Assembly (NCBI GenBank): GCA_013178305.1
Contig: JABLXB010000001.1
Span: 656,253 to 688,252, forward strand
Direction: 5' to 3'
Length of the DNA: 32,000 nucleotides
From: Bacillota bacterium
GTDB taxonomy: Bacteria; Bacillota; Sulfobacillia; JABLXB01
The position numbers were made by a program, and so were the translations under genes. Positions 8,770 through 17,887 of the stretch are shown in pieces; position 1 is the stretch's first letter, and each line of letters starts with the position of its first letter. Under the pieces are notes generated by a model. It ran no database searches. It was given only the letters and a program-made list of their open reading frames with translations, and was not told where the DNA came from.

Positions 8770-10032
8770 GTGAGCGCGATAGCGTCGTTTGTCAGCTGGT
8801 TCACAGGCCTCGGCCCGACAGTCATGGTTCCGGTGGTAATCATCATCCTTGGAATCCTCTTCAGGGCCGGCGTGGCAAAGAGTATCCGCGGCGGACTCGT
8901 AACCGGCATAGGCCTGGCGGGCCTTTTCATGGTGGTGGACGTGATAGTAGGCGCCCTGCAGCCCGCTACTGCGGCGATAGCGCAGCGTCTCGGCCTTCAG
9001 CTCACCCTTGTTGACGTGGGCTGGACCGACTGCGGCATCGCGTGGGGTTGGCCTGGAGTCGCGGCGGTCGTCATCGGAACCCTTGTCGTGAACGCAATCA
9101 TGATCGTGCTTAGACTGACGAAGACACTGTGGACGGACATCTGGAGCATCTGGCACGGCCAGGTTGTGGCCGCGTTTGTGTGGGCCGCGACCGGGAGCCT
9201 CATACTCGGAGCGGCTGCCGGCGTCCTGTTCCTCGCCCTGGGCAGCATCGCGGCGGACCTGGCCGCTCCCCGCCACCAGGAATTCAACAACTTGCCGGGC
9301 ATCGGCGTCCCGTGCGCGGTGACGTGGGTAGGCGTGATCATGAACCCGGTGGCCGAGCTGCTGAGGAAGATCCCTGTCATCAAGGACATCGACGCCTCCC
9401 CCGACTCGGTCAAGAAGAAGTTCGGCCTGTTCGGCGAGCTCCCCGTGATGGGCGCCGTCATGGGCATCATCATCGGGCTCCTGGCGGGATACAAGATCGC
9501 CGACATCCTGGGGCTGGCCATGAAGGTGGCCACCATGATGGTGCTACTCCCGAGGATGGTTTCGCTACTCAGCGAAGGATTGATCCCGATAAGTATCGCA
9601 GTCTCCGAATACTTGCAGGAGCGGTTCGGCGACCGGCAGTTCAACGTGGGTGTCGACTGCGCCGTCCTGCTGGGGCACCCGTCGGTCATGGCCTCGGCTG
9701 TCATACTGTATCCGCTCGAGGTGCTCCTGGCGGCTGCCCTGCCCGGTAACGGGATACTCCCGATCGCCAGCCTCGCGCTGATCCCGTTCTGGTGCGGCGC
9801 GGTTGTGCCTTTCACCAGGGGCAACGTGCTCCACACGGTGATCATCGTCCTGCTGTGGTCGATCCCCGTTATGTACATCGCCACCGCCCAGGCAGGAGTC
9901 CATACGGAAACGTTTAAGCTGATGGGACAGTTCACCGACAAGATCCAGCAGGGAGCCAGGTTCGCCAGCTTCGATATGGGCGGCGACGTAATCGGCGCGA
10001 TTATCCTGAAGGTGTTCACGCTGTTCAAGTAG
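8770..10032 (+). CDS. PTS EIIC component, galactitol (GatC) family permease
   Basis: 420-aa hydrophobic ORF. LGPTVMVPVVIIILG, VDVGW, DIWSIWH, FGLFGE and LLPRMV blocks parallel E. coli GatC (LGPTVMLPIVIIIF, VDVGW, DIWNIWH, FGPFGE, LMPRVI). GGGAGG SD 7 nt before GTG 8770. Confidence 0.9.
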   Translation: MSAIASFVSWFTGLGPTVMVPVVIIILGILFRAGVAKSIRGGLVTGIGLAGLFMVVDVIVGALQPATAAIAQRLGLQLTLVDVGWTDCGIAWGWPGVAAVVIGTLVVNAIMIVLRLTKTLWTDIWSIWHGQVVAAFVWAATGSLILGAAAGVLFLALGSIAADLAAPRHQEFNNLPGIGVPCAVTWVGVIMNPVAELLRKIPVIKDIDASPDSVKKKFGLFGELPVMGAVMGIIIGLLAGYKIADILGLAMKVATMMVLLPRMVSLLSEGLIPISIAVSEYLQERFGDRQFNVGVDCAVLLGHPSVMASAVILYPLEVLLAAALPGNGILPIASLALIPFWCGAVVPFTRGNVLHTVIIVLLWSIPVMYIATAQAGVHTETFKLMGQFTDKIQQGARFASFDMGGDVIGAIILKVFTLFK

Positions 10033-10043
10033 GGCTTCTGAGT

Positions 10044-10084
10044 GCGGGGCCCGCTCCGTGCCGAAGCGCGGAAGCGGGCCCCGC
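10044..10084 (+). promoter_or_regulatory. GC-rich intercistronic stem-loop between the EIIC and EIIA genes
   Basis: GCGGGGCCCGCT (10044-10055) is the perfect reverse complement of AGCGGGCCCCGC (10073-10084). Inner CCGTGC/GCGCGG pairing extends the stem around a cgaa loop. No U-tract follows. Confidence 0.6.
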
Positions 10085-10117
10085 GCAGGGTGGGCGAATT
10101 CTCGGCAGGGCCGGCGG

Positions 10118-10594
10118 GTGAGGATATTGTTCGAGATAAAGGACGAATACGTACTGGTCAGGCCTCGGGTGACAACACGGGACGACGTGATACTTATGTT
10201 GTCCGATGCGCTCGCGCGGCACGGCGCTGTCTCCCCCGAGTACGGGCGAGATGTCCTGCAGCGGGAGCAGCAATACCCCACCGGATTACCGACTCAGGGG
10301 ATCAAGGTGGCGATCCCCCACGCGGGATCCGAGCACGTCATCCGGTCAGCCATGGCGGTGGCCCTGCTGGATAAGCCCGTCACCTTCCACTGCATGGATA
10401 AGCCTGAGGAAGGCCTCCCTGTTCGGATAGTCTTCCTCCTCGCCAACAAGAAGCCCGACGAGCAGGTCAAGTTCCTGAGATCGATCATGTCCCTGTTTGA
10501 AGACGGGGCGAATCTGAGGAGTCTCCACGTTATGCCCGACGCGGCGTCGGTGTCGGCGTTCCTGCGTGACAGGATGGCCCGGGCCGCTGTCTGA
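10118..10594 (+). CDS. PTS EIIA component, type 2 (Mtl/Fru/Gat family)
   Basis: ILFEIKDEYVLVRPRVTTRDDVILMLSDAL...YPTGLPTQGIKVAIPHAGSEHV carries the EIIA-2 active-site His context (aIPH). Start placed at in-frame GTG 10118, giving 158 aa (E. coli GatA is ~150 aa). The track start 10058 lies in the hairpin. Confidence 0.8.
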   Translation: MRILFEIKDEYVLVRPRVTTRDDVILMLSDALARHGAVSPEYGRDVLQREQQYPTGLPTQGIKVAIPHAGSEHVIRSAMAVALLDKPVTFHCMDKPEEGLPVRIVFLLANKKPDEQVKFLRSIMSLFEDGANLRSLHVMPDAASVSAFLRDRMARAAV

Positions 10595-10617
10595 ATCCTC
10601 CAAAGAAGGCTGATCGT

Positions 10618-11754
10618 ATGGCTACCGCGAGAGATAGGGTGCTCGCCGCCCTCGACCATAAAGAGCCGGATCGTGTCCCACTGTGCCTCGGGGCGTCCGG
10701 TGCGAGTGTGACCGATGCCGTGTATTTCGCCTTGAAGACGCATTTCGGCATCGAAGGTGACGTGGAACCGTTCCGCAGCGGGCACGGCGACAACATATAC
10801 GACCCCCGCGTGTTCGACAAGATGGGCTGCGACTTCAGGCACGTGTTCCTGAAGTCGTCCCTGGCGTACAAAGCCCCGGTACTCCCCGACGGGAGCACCG
10901 TAAATGAGTGGGGCGTAGCGGTCAAGAAAGTCGGGATATTCAACGAATGGGTGAGTCACCCGTTGCAGCACGCGTCGCTCGCGGACCTCGACTCCTACCC
11001 GTGGCCCAAACCATACGAAGGACAGCGGGACCGCGGGCTGAAACAGACCACCCTCGACTACTACGAGAACACCGGATTCGCCATAGCCACGAGGTCGCCA
11101 TCGAGGGGGTTGTTCGATCTTGCTATACAGCTGCGCGGCTTCAGCGAGTTCGCGCTCGACCTCTACACCAACAGGAGGTTCGCCTCGGTGCTGCTGGGCA
11201 AGATCAACGAGGTGTTGATGGCTTTCTACGACGTGCTCCTCGACGACACCGGCCCCTACGTGCACATCGTCGAAACCCAGGACGACATGGGTCACCAGAA
11301 CGGGCCGTTCTTCTCGCCCAAGACGTTCAGGGAGTTTTTCAAGCCTCTCAGGCGGGAACTCAACGCGTTTATAGGGCGAAAGGCACCGAACGCCCGAATC
11401 TACCTCCACTCGTGCGGGGCCGTGAGCGAGTTCATAGACGACCTGATCGACTGTGGGATTCAGGTGCTCAACCCGGTGCAGCCGCTGGCGCGAGGCATGG
11501 ACACGACAACCCTGAAGCAGCGGTACGGCGCGGCGCTGACCTTCCACGGGGCGATCGACCTGCAGCGCGCACTGGCCGGCACGCCGGAGGACGTGGAACG
11601 AGAGGTCAAGACGAGGGTACGCGACCTGGCCCCCGGCGGCGGATACATCCTGTCCCCCGCGAACGTCGTCCAGGCCGATGTCCCGGTAAGCAACCTCATA
11701 CTGCTCTTTGACCTGGCGAGGAGGTACGGCGCCTATCCGATCTCAGTCGGGTGA
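10618..11754 (+). CDS. Uroporphyrinogen-decarboxylase (URO-D) family protein, MtaA/MtbA/CmuA-like corrinoid methyltransferase candidate
   Basis: 378-aa ORF. N-terminus RDRVLAALDHKEPDRVPL is typical of URO-D/MtaA-like proteins. Adjacent to a corrinoid protein, which favours methyltransferase rather than HemE function. AAGAAGG SD 8 nt upstream. Confidence 0.75.
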   Translation: MATARDRVLAALDHKEPDRVPLCLGASGASVTDAVYFALKTHFGIEGDVEPFRSGHGDNIYDPRVFDKMGCDFRHVFLKSSLAYKAPVLPDGSTVNEWGVAVKKVGIFNEWVSHPLQHASLADLDSYPWPKPYEGQRDRGLKQTTLDYYENTGFAIATRSPSRGLFDLAIQLRGFSEFALDLYTNRRFASVLLGKINEVLMAFYDVLLDDTGPYVHIVETQDDMGHQNGPFFSPKTFREFFKPLRRELNAFIGRKAPNARIYLHSCGAVSEFIDDLIDCGIQVLNPVQPLARGMDTTTLKQRYGAALTFHGAIDLQRALAGTPEDVEREVKTRVRDLAPGGGYILSPANVVQADVPVSNLILLFDLARRYGAYPISVG

Positions 11755-11758
11755 TCCG

Positions 11759-12069
11759 GTGGGAACCGCGCGCAGAGCGCGGCTGCCCCTAATACTCGTG
11801 GCGGGGGGCTCGTGCGGCAACGCGATGCAGCGAGCCGCCGAGCGCATCAGGCAGGCCTCCGAAAGCGCGGGCGTTCAGGCGCAGGTGCTCATCCAGAACC
11901 TCTGGGAGCGGGCCGAACCGGATTCGCGCGCCGACGTGATCGTCCAGATGTTCCCGTTCTTCTCCGCGCTGGATGTCCCTGTGCTGGACGGAAGGCCGTT
12001 CATCCTCGGCAAGGGCGAGGACGAGCTGCTCGCCAGGATACTCTCACTGATCTGCGAGGAGGCACGACA

Positions 12070-12073
<4 letters not shown>
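11759..12073 (+). CDS. Small EIIB(Gat/Cel)-fold-like protein with displaced cysteine (function unknown)
   Basis: RLPLILVAGGSCGNAMQRAAERIRQASESAGVQAQV...DVIVQ aligns by eye with GatB ([24 protein letters not shown]...). It has Ala at the phospho-Cys position and a Cys 3 residues later. GTG 11759 is 4 nt after the URO-D stop. Its stop overlaps the corrinoid-protein ATG (ATGA, 12070-12073). Confidence 0.5.
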
Positions 12074-12714
<641 letters not shown>

Positions 12715-12735
12715 GCGGCAGAGGACACGGCGCGC

Positions 12736-13875
12736 TCACAGTATATAGATGTCCGGAATCACGATTTTCCCCTTTTCGGTTGAGACCGATGTCCTCGGCC
12801 AGGTGCTCCCCATGGATGCAACCTCGAGCCCGTATTCGGTCAACAGAACCAGCTCTTCCACCTGTACCCCGCCCACCGTGATGAACCAGTCAAATGCCTG
12901 GTTGCTCTCGACCAGCATGTCTGTCCAGCATCGAGTTGGGTCCCCTACAAAGTAACCGGTTGGGCCGCCCTGAAAGTGCAACTCCCACTCGTCGGGGTAA
13001 CCCATCTCGGAATACCAGTTTTTCTGATGCTGAAGGATGCTGGAGTAAGCGACCCCATTTTCGAGCATTCCCAATACTTGACCTTCAATCGTTACCGCGG
13101 CGCGGTGAGCATCCCGGATTCTTCGTGGGGGCTCGCCAAGGCTGACCAGTCGATTGACGTTCGCGTGCAGTCCCCAGCGGCTCGAGGCTGAATGGATGAG
13201 GGCATACTTCTCCAGCCTCTTTGGGGATGGAAGCGCATGCCAGTATCTCTCCAGGCGATCATCACTGCCAACAATGATGACCTCCGGTTCAATTCCATCC
13301 AGTACCAAACATGAATGCAGTTGCCGCCCGATTTCGCTCTCGGACATCCCCGGACGCACCCAACGGGCTATTTCCTCAAGGATCAACGCGGTCTGGTGGC
13401 CGAGCCAACGAGAGCGGTCCAATTCCAGTTCACTCAGGGGTCCATGAACCCGCTGGATGTCCACCGCTTTCGTGCCGGGAAACCCGGCGTCCGAAGCGAT
13501 GTTTTTCCCCGCCAACCCGAAGGCTCCGGTTCTCGGATCACCCTGGTGCCATTTTGAGGCGATCGGTTCATAGCCCTGCCCGGGGATCTGTTCCTCGAGG
13601 ATTCGGGCCACATCCATAGTGAAGGCCAGCAGATATTGACGCTCGGGGGTAATCAACAGGTGGCCGAAGCCGTATTCCGTGTGTTTCAATACGTGATTGT
13701 CGCCGCCGCACGTAAGCCACGCGAAGTTGTCTCGCCGAGAGACTATTATCCCATCGAGGCGCTGCGATTCCATCCAGGATCTCAATCGTGTGATTCGCTC
13801 ACTCGCAACCGAATGGACCCTTGCGTCATCCTGAGTCACCGGAATTCTGCGGGACAACTCCTCCAGATAGATCAC
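12736..13875 (-). CDS. M24 (creatinase/prolidase-fold) family protein, possibly non-metallo
   Basis: 379-aa ORF. N-terminal creatinase/AMP_N-like region (RLRSWMESQRLDGIIVSRRDNFAWLTCG) and a C-terminal pita-bread-like region ending VQVEELVLLTEYG. By-eye alignment suggests several canonical metal ligands are substituted. Confidence 0.6.
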   Translation of the reverse strand: MIYLEELSRRIPVTQDDARVHSVASERITRLRSWMESQRLDGIIVSRRDNFAWLTCGGDNHVLKHTEYGFGHLLITPERQYLLAFTMDVARILEEQIPGQGYEPIASKWHQGDPRTGAFGLAGKNIASDAGFPGTKAVDIQRVHGPLSELELDRSRWLGHQTALILEEIARWVRPGMSESEIGRQLHSCLVLDGIEPEVIIVGSDDRLERYWHALPSPKRLEKYALIHSASSRWGLHANVNRLVSLGEPPRRIRDAHRAAVTIEGQVLGMLENGVAYSSILQHQKNWYSEMGYPDEWELHFQGGPTGYFVGDPTRCWTDMLVESNQAFDWFITVGGVQVEELVLLTEYGLEVASMGSTWPRTSVSTEKGKIVIPDIYIL

Positions 13876-14717
13876 TCCCGAGTCTCCATGTAGCCACGCA
13901 TTCGCTTAACGGCTTCCACTACAGCCGGGTAAGGATCGAACGAGTAACTCCATCCCAACTCCAACGTCAGGAATCCCTGGTAATCATATCTGCGAAGGAG
14001 GCCCATCATTTCCTCAAAATCGAACGTCCCATCGCCCGGGATAGCGTTTTGTTGCTCTCTCGAGTTGTTGTCGTTGACATGCACCTGCCAGAGGTACTCC
14101 CCCAGACCGTCCAGCGCCGGCTGAAGACCCTCTTTAGACAGGTTCAAGTGGCCTGTATCAATGACAACCCCAACCATGTCTGACTGCAGGTCTCGAATTA
14201 CCTGGATAGCTTGACTCGTGTGATTCAAATAGCCGCTCAATCTGGGGTAAACGACCTCGATCCCAAGTCTCATTCCACGCATTTCCGCATGATCACACAC
14301 TGTCTCCAGGCTACGGATGAAGGTCCCGCGGGAATCCTCCAGAGTCTGACCGTATAGAGTGTTAGTTGGGACCACCAGTACATGATGGGCTCCCATTAGA
14401 ACGGCATTATCGATGCAGTCTTTCATGTAATTGACGCTGTCAACACGAATTGCGTCCACGGGACTTGAAAGTGAAAACGGATAGCGGAAGAAGGCCGGCA
14501 ATACTGACACTACTGCTAACCCGCTACTCTCGATTCTCTTTTTCAACTCCGCGAGGGTCCCGGCTGGATAGTCGTTCCGAAACAGGTGTGGTCGCCCGCA
14601 CCAGAGATCAATTCCATCCAATCCCGCTTGGATGACCTGCTCCACAGCAGCGTCAAGTGGGTAATTCACGAATACCGATGTGGCGGTAGATATTCTCACT
14701 AAGATATCTCTCCTCAA
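13872..14717 (-). CDS. Sugar phosphate isomerase/epimerase (xylose isomerase-like TIM barrel, AP_endonuc_2 family)
   Basis: 281-aa ORF. GLDGIDLW..., LGIEVVYP..., VIDTGHLNL, VHVNDN and LTLEL blocks are typical of the family. TTG 14717 overlaps the upstream stop. GTG 14699 with a GGAGAG SD is an alternative start. Confidence 0.8.
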   Translation of the reverse strand: MRRDILVRISTATSVFVNYPLDAAVEQVIQAGLDGIDLWCGRPHLFRNDYPAGTLAELKKRIESSGLAVVSVLPAFFRYPFSLSSPVDAIRVDSVNYMKDCIDNAVLMGAHHVLVVPTNTLYGQTLEDSRGTFIRSLETVCDHAEMRGMRLGIEVVYPRLSGYLNHTSQAIQVIRDLQSDMVGVVIDTGHLNLSKEGLQPALDGLGEYLWQVHVNDNNSREQQNAIPGDGTFDFEEMMGLLRRYDYQGFLTLELGWSYSFDPYPAVVEAVKRMRGYMETRE

Positions 14718-15370
14718 ACAGGTCGCTGGTGAATCTGGTAGTCCTGCATGATCAATCGACGCATCAAGAGCTCGCGTCTCAGTCGCTCGGGATTGATGAC
14801 CACGGCCGCCGGCAAGCCATGATTGATCGAATGAACGGTTCTCTTTATGTCACTGTCCAGCAGCAAGCATTGCTCCGAAGGAACCTGAACCCTGTTGGGC
14901 AAGTAATAGAACACATCGGGGAGCACCCTCAACAATCGACTATCTTCCAGGCATATGATTCTCTCAGGTGGAAAGTGGAGGAGGACTTCCTGGGAAGACG
15001 GCAATTCCTTAAACCACGCTTCAGGCAGGTCAACAACCAACCATCGATCGACCTCGGCTTTGACTCGTGTGACTGCATCCAAAACGCCTGGAATCAACAC
15101 CAGTCGACTGAGCATTCTCTTGAGGAAGAGTTCAGGCGAACCTTCAATCCCGAGAGACCTCACAGCGACCTGGCAGAATTCCTGGCCGTCTATTCTCCCC
15201 AGGGCCAGGTCATCCCGCATTTCCCGGTATCGGGAGATGGCCGCCGGATTGATCCCGGCAATCCCAAACGAAGGCAATATTTCTGTAACGGCGGCATCAA
15301 GAGCCGGCAATAGAACCCCGCTTGTCCAGAAGAACAGTACCCGTGTTTCGCCCATGCGTCTATTCCCCAA
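14714..15370 (-). CDS. HAD-like fold protein lacking the DxD nucleophile motif
   Basis: VLFFWTSGVLLP occupies the position of HAD motif I (hhhDxDGTL). C-terminal CLLLDSDIKRTVHSINHGLPAAVV resembles HAD motif IV (vGDs..Di.aA..aG). ATG at 15355 (MGETRV...) is an alternative to the TTG at 15370. Confidence 0.5.
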   Translation of the reverse strand: MGNRRMGETRVLFFWTSGVLLPALDAAVTEILPSFGIAGINPAAISRYREMRDDLALGRIDGQEFCQVAVRSLGIEGSPELFLKRMLSRLVLIPGVLDAVTRVKAEVDRWLVVDLPEAWFKELPSSQEVLLHFPPERIICLEDSRLLRVLPDVFYYLPNRVQVPSEQCLLLDSDIKRTVHSINHGLPAAVVINPERLRRELLMRRLIMQDYQIHQRPV

Positions 15371-15782
15371 TCGCCTGAAGTATCAAATAGCGGGGTTCCT
15401 GGTCCACCTGGTCGTCGATCACCAGGATATCCTGATACGTGCCGAGCGCCAGCTTGCCATTCACGACAGGGGCACTCACCTGGGTCTGCATCAAGGCCGA
15501 ACGAATATGGGCGTGGCCGTTGAAGTCCACCGCGCGGATATGATGCTTGTAGGGGTAATTGGTAGGCACGATTCGCTCGAACACATCGCTTAGATCAGCA
15601 ACGATCCCCGACTCGTGTTCACCGATGATAACTGCTCCAGTCGTGTGCTGAAGAAATACGAGAACCTGGCCGTTTTTCAAACCGGAGGCTCGGACGAATT
15701 CCGCCACCCGGTCGGTGATGTTGATTACATTGAACCGTCCGTCCGACAGAAGCTCAATCTGCTCACTGATGACCATCGTCAT
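15360..15782 (-). CDS. YjbQ/UPF0047 family protein (secondary thiamine-phosphate synthase-like)
   Basis: 140-aa ORF. NITDRV...GQVLVFLQHTTGAVIIGE...DF...HIRSALMQTQVSAPVVNGKLALGTYQDILVID matches the YjbQ family pattern. ATGA overlap with the upstream gene. Confidence 0.85.
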   Translation of the reverse strand: MTMVISEQIELLSDGRFNVINITDRVAEFVRASGLKNGQVLVFLQHTTGAVIIGEHESGIVADLSDVFERIVPTNYPYKHHIRAVDFNGHAHIRSALMQTQVSAPVVNGKLALGTYQDILVIDDQVDQEPRYLILQAIGE

Positions 15783-16894
15783 GTCACCTTCCCGCGCCCG
15801 TGCAGGTCCCAGACAGCTTCAACGACATCTCCTCTCATCGCGTAAATTTGGTCGAACAGGATGACCGTTCCATTGGCGTCCTTCACCCACAACTCAACCT
15901 TATCTCCGATCTTTGGGGGCGGGCTGTCCGGCTGAATCCTCAACCTGCTGTGTTCTTGCGGCATTGAGAATACTTCGCCCCGCGGGTGTTTCACCTCGGG
16001 GAAACCATAGGCTAACGAAATAGACTTTCGGCCGACATCCAGGATGGCCAGGTCTTCGGCCCCCGGCCGGTCGGGCCTGCTGACGACAGTAGCCAGGACC
16101 GACAGCGCGCATTCAAATTCGCTCAGACCATTGTCACGGTAGGTAGTATCGTTGAAGATATAGGTGCCGGCCTGCAGCTCAGTAAGACCGTGCACTGAGC
16201 AGGCAGATTTGTAGGTGGCACTCCCGCCTCCACTAACGATCTCGACGGGGATTCCTGACTCGATCAGATCGTTTTTTACGGCAACCAGGATCTCATAAGC
16301 CTGAACGGATCGTTGTTCCTGCTCAACCTTGTTTTCTACGAAGGCCAGGTGCCCGTCATACCCCATGATGCCTCGAAATCGCAGCCCCGGGGTCGACAAA
16401 ATCGTCTTGACCATTCTCCTGGCCGGACCAAACGGCTCCACCCCGCAACGGTCATTGCCGATGTTCACTTCCACAAGGACACCGATCTGCACTGCCCTTG
16501 CTTGAGCCATCTCCGAGAGCATCTGGATATTCTCATAAGAATCGACGGCTACGATTACATCTGTGTAGGCCGCAAGATTGACCAGCCGTTGAACCTTGCG
16601 TGAACCCACCACCTGATTGGCTATCAGGATATCACGTATCCCCGCTGCGGCCAGAGTCTCCGCTTCAGATAGCTTGGACACCGTCAAACCGATGGCGCCT
16701 GCGCGCAATTGCATCCAGGCGAAAACGGCGGTCGCTTTGTAGATCTTGGCGTGGGGACGAAGGCTGATCCCGGCCGCACGGCAGAGGTCAGCCATTGTCC
16801 GAATGTTTCTTTCCACCGCCGCCAGATCCACAAGCAGTGCAGGGGTATCCAGATCGTACTTATGCAGTCCAACCTCATATTCGTGGCTACTCAT
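15779..16894 (-). CDS. Fold-type III PLP enzyme (alanine racemase N-terminal domain), D-threonine aldolase / D-serine dehydratase (DSD1)-like
   Basis: 371-aa ORF. DTPALLVDLAAVERNIRTM...LRPHAKIYK (PLP-Lys context RPHxK), GGGSATY, and a C-terminal beta domain. Confidence 0.8.
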   Translation of the reverse strand: MSSHEYEVGLHKYDLDTPALLVDLAAVERNIRTMADLCRAAGISLRPHAKIYKATAVFAWMQLRAGAIGLTVSKLSEAETLAAAGIRDILIANQVVGSRKVQRLVNLAAYTDVIVAVDSYENIQMLSEMAQARAVQIGVLVEVNIGNDRCGVEPFGPARRMVKTILSTPGLRFRGIMGYDGHLAFVENKVEQEQRSVQAYEILVAVKNDLIESGIPVEIVSGGGSATYKSACSVHGLTELQAGTYIFNDTTYRDNGLSEFECALSVLATVVSRPDRPGAEDLAILDVGRKSISLAYGFPEVKHPRGEVFSMPQEHSRLRIQPDSPPPKIGDKVELWVKDANGTVILFDQIYAMRGDVVEAVWDLHGRGKVT

Positions 16895-16903
16895 ACGGCC
16901 CCC

Positions 16904-17887
16904 TCAATACTCTGGAATCATTTCCCCGTCAACAACCTTCTTCTGGATTTCCATAATCTCGACAGGGTCAATGCATGCTCGAAGCACTGCGCGTACTACG
17001 TAATCACCTTTTCGCCCAACAAACACCGCCGACACGGATTTCTGCCCGGCCAGAGCCATGACCCGGTCTGCTAATGGTCGATAGGAAATGCCTGGACCCA
17101 GGAAATCCTCGACCTGCTCCGTATTCCAGACGATCGCGTCAATCTCACCCCTCTTGAGGAGCTGCGAAATCTGGATGAATGAAACCGATCGGGTTTCAAC
17201 GTCTTGACCGGCAAATTCCAGGTCCGTCAGCATGCAGTGATCGTGGGACTGCGGGTCTACAGCTACACGAAGCGGCCTTCCCGGTTCCGGCGGCTGATTC
17301 CGGTAGAACACACTGTATCCAGAAAGCCAGGTTGTCGGGGGCAGTGAAAGCAATACTTCGTTTTCTTGTCCGGTCAATTCTCCGGCGGCCAGTCCTGACA
17401 TTACCACGGCATGACAGCGGTTATCGTGAAGGGCTTTCAGGCGAGTCCGCGATCCGCGGATAAAGATCAAGTAGGCTTCCATCCCCGCCTTCTCAAATCC
17501 GATTTTCAGACCGGTTGCCAGGCCTTCAAACCGGCGGTGCATCGGCAGGGTCAGGGCAATTACCAGGGGACCCTGTCCCAACAGGTTCCACAACCTGCTG
17601 ACCGATATCCTGGTAAGATAGGACCCCATGTGCCCACGCCTCTGAATGTCGACCGCGCCCATATCCTGCAGGCCCCTGAGTGCCGTTGAGATCGCTCCCA
17701 CACTCATCTGCGTGGAAGACGACAACTCACGTATGCTGGGAAGACGCTTTCCCTCCCCCAATTGGAGGAAATACCCCGCCAGGCTCGCCTGCAAATCTCG
17801 AACGTTTCGCCGCCCAGAATTCTCCAGGTTCAACTCAAGTTCTCCATTCATATATCTATTTATCGAGGCTTCATGTACAAGAGTCAA
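16904..17887 (-). CDS. YhfZ-family GntR-type transcriptional regulator
   Basis: 327-aa ORF. wHTH LPSIRELSSSTQMSVGAISTALRGLQDMGAVDIQRRGHMGSYL, plus FEGLATGLK, DAIVWN and C-terminal VVDGEMIPEY. These parallel my recollection of E. coli YhfZ (IERRGRNGSYL, YEGLASGLK, DAVIWN, VVSGEQEPSY). Confidence 0.75.
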   Translation of the reverse strand: MTLVHEASINRYMNGELELNLENSGRRNVRDLQASLAGYFLQLGEGKRLPSIRELSSSTQMSVGAISTALRGLQDMGAVDIQRRGHMGSYLTRISVSRLWNLLGQGPLVIALTLPMHRRFEGLATGLKIGFEKAGMEAYLIFIRGSRTRLKALHDNRCHAVVMSGLAAGELTGQENEVLLSLPPTTWLSGYSVFYRNQPPEPGRPLRVAVDPQSHDHCMLTDLEFAGQDVETRSVSFIQISQLLKRGEIDAIVWNTEQVEDFLGPGISYRPLADRVMALAGQKSVSAVFVGRKGDYVVRAVLRACIDPVEIMEIQKKVVDGEMIPEY

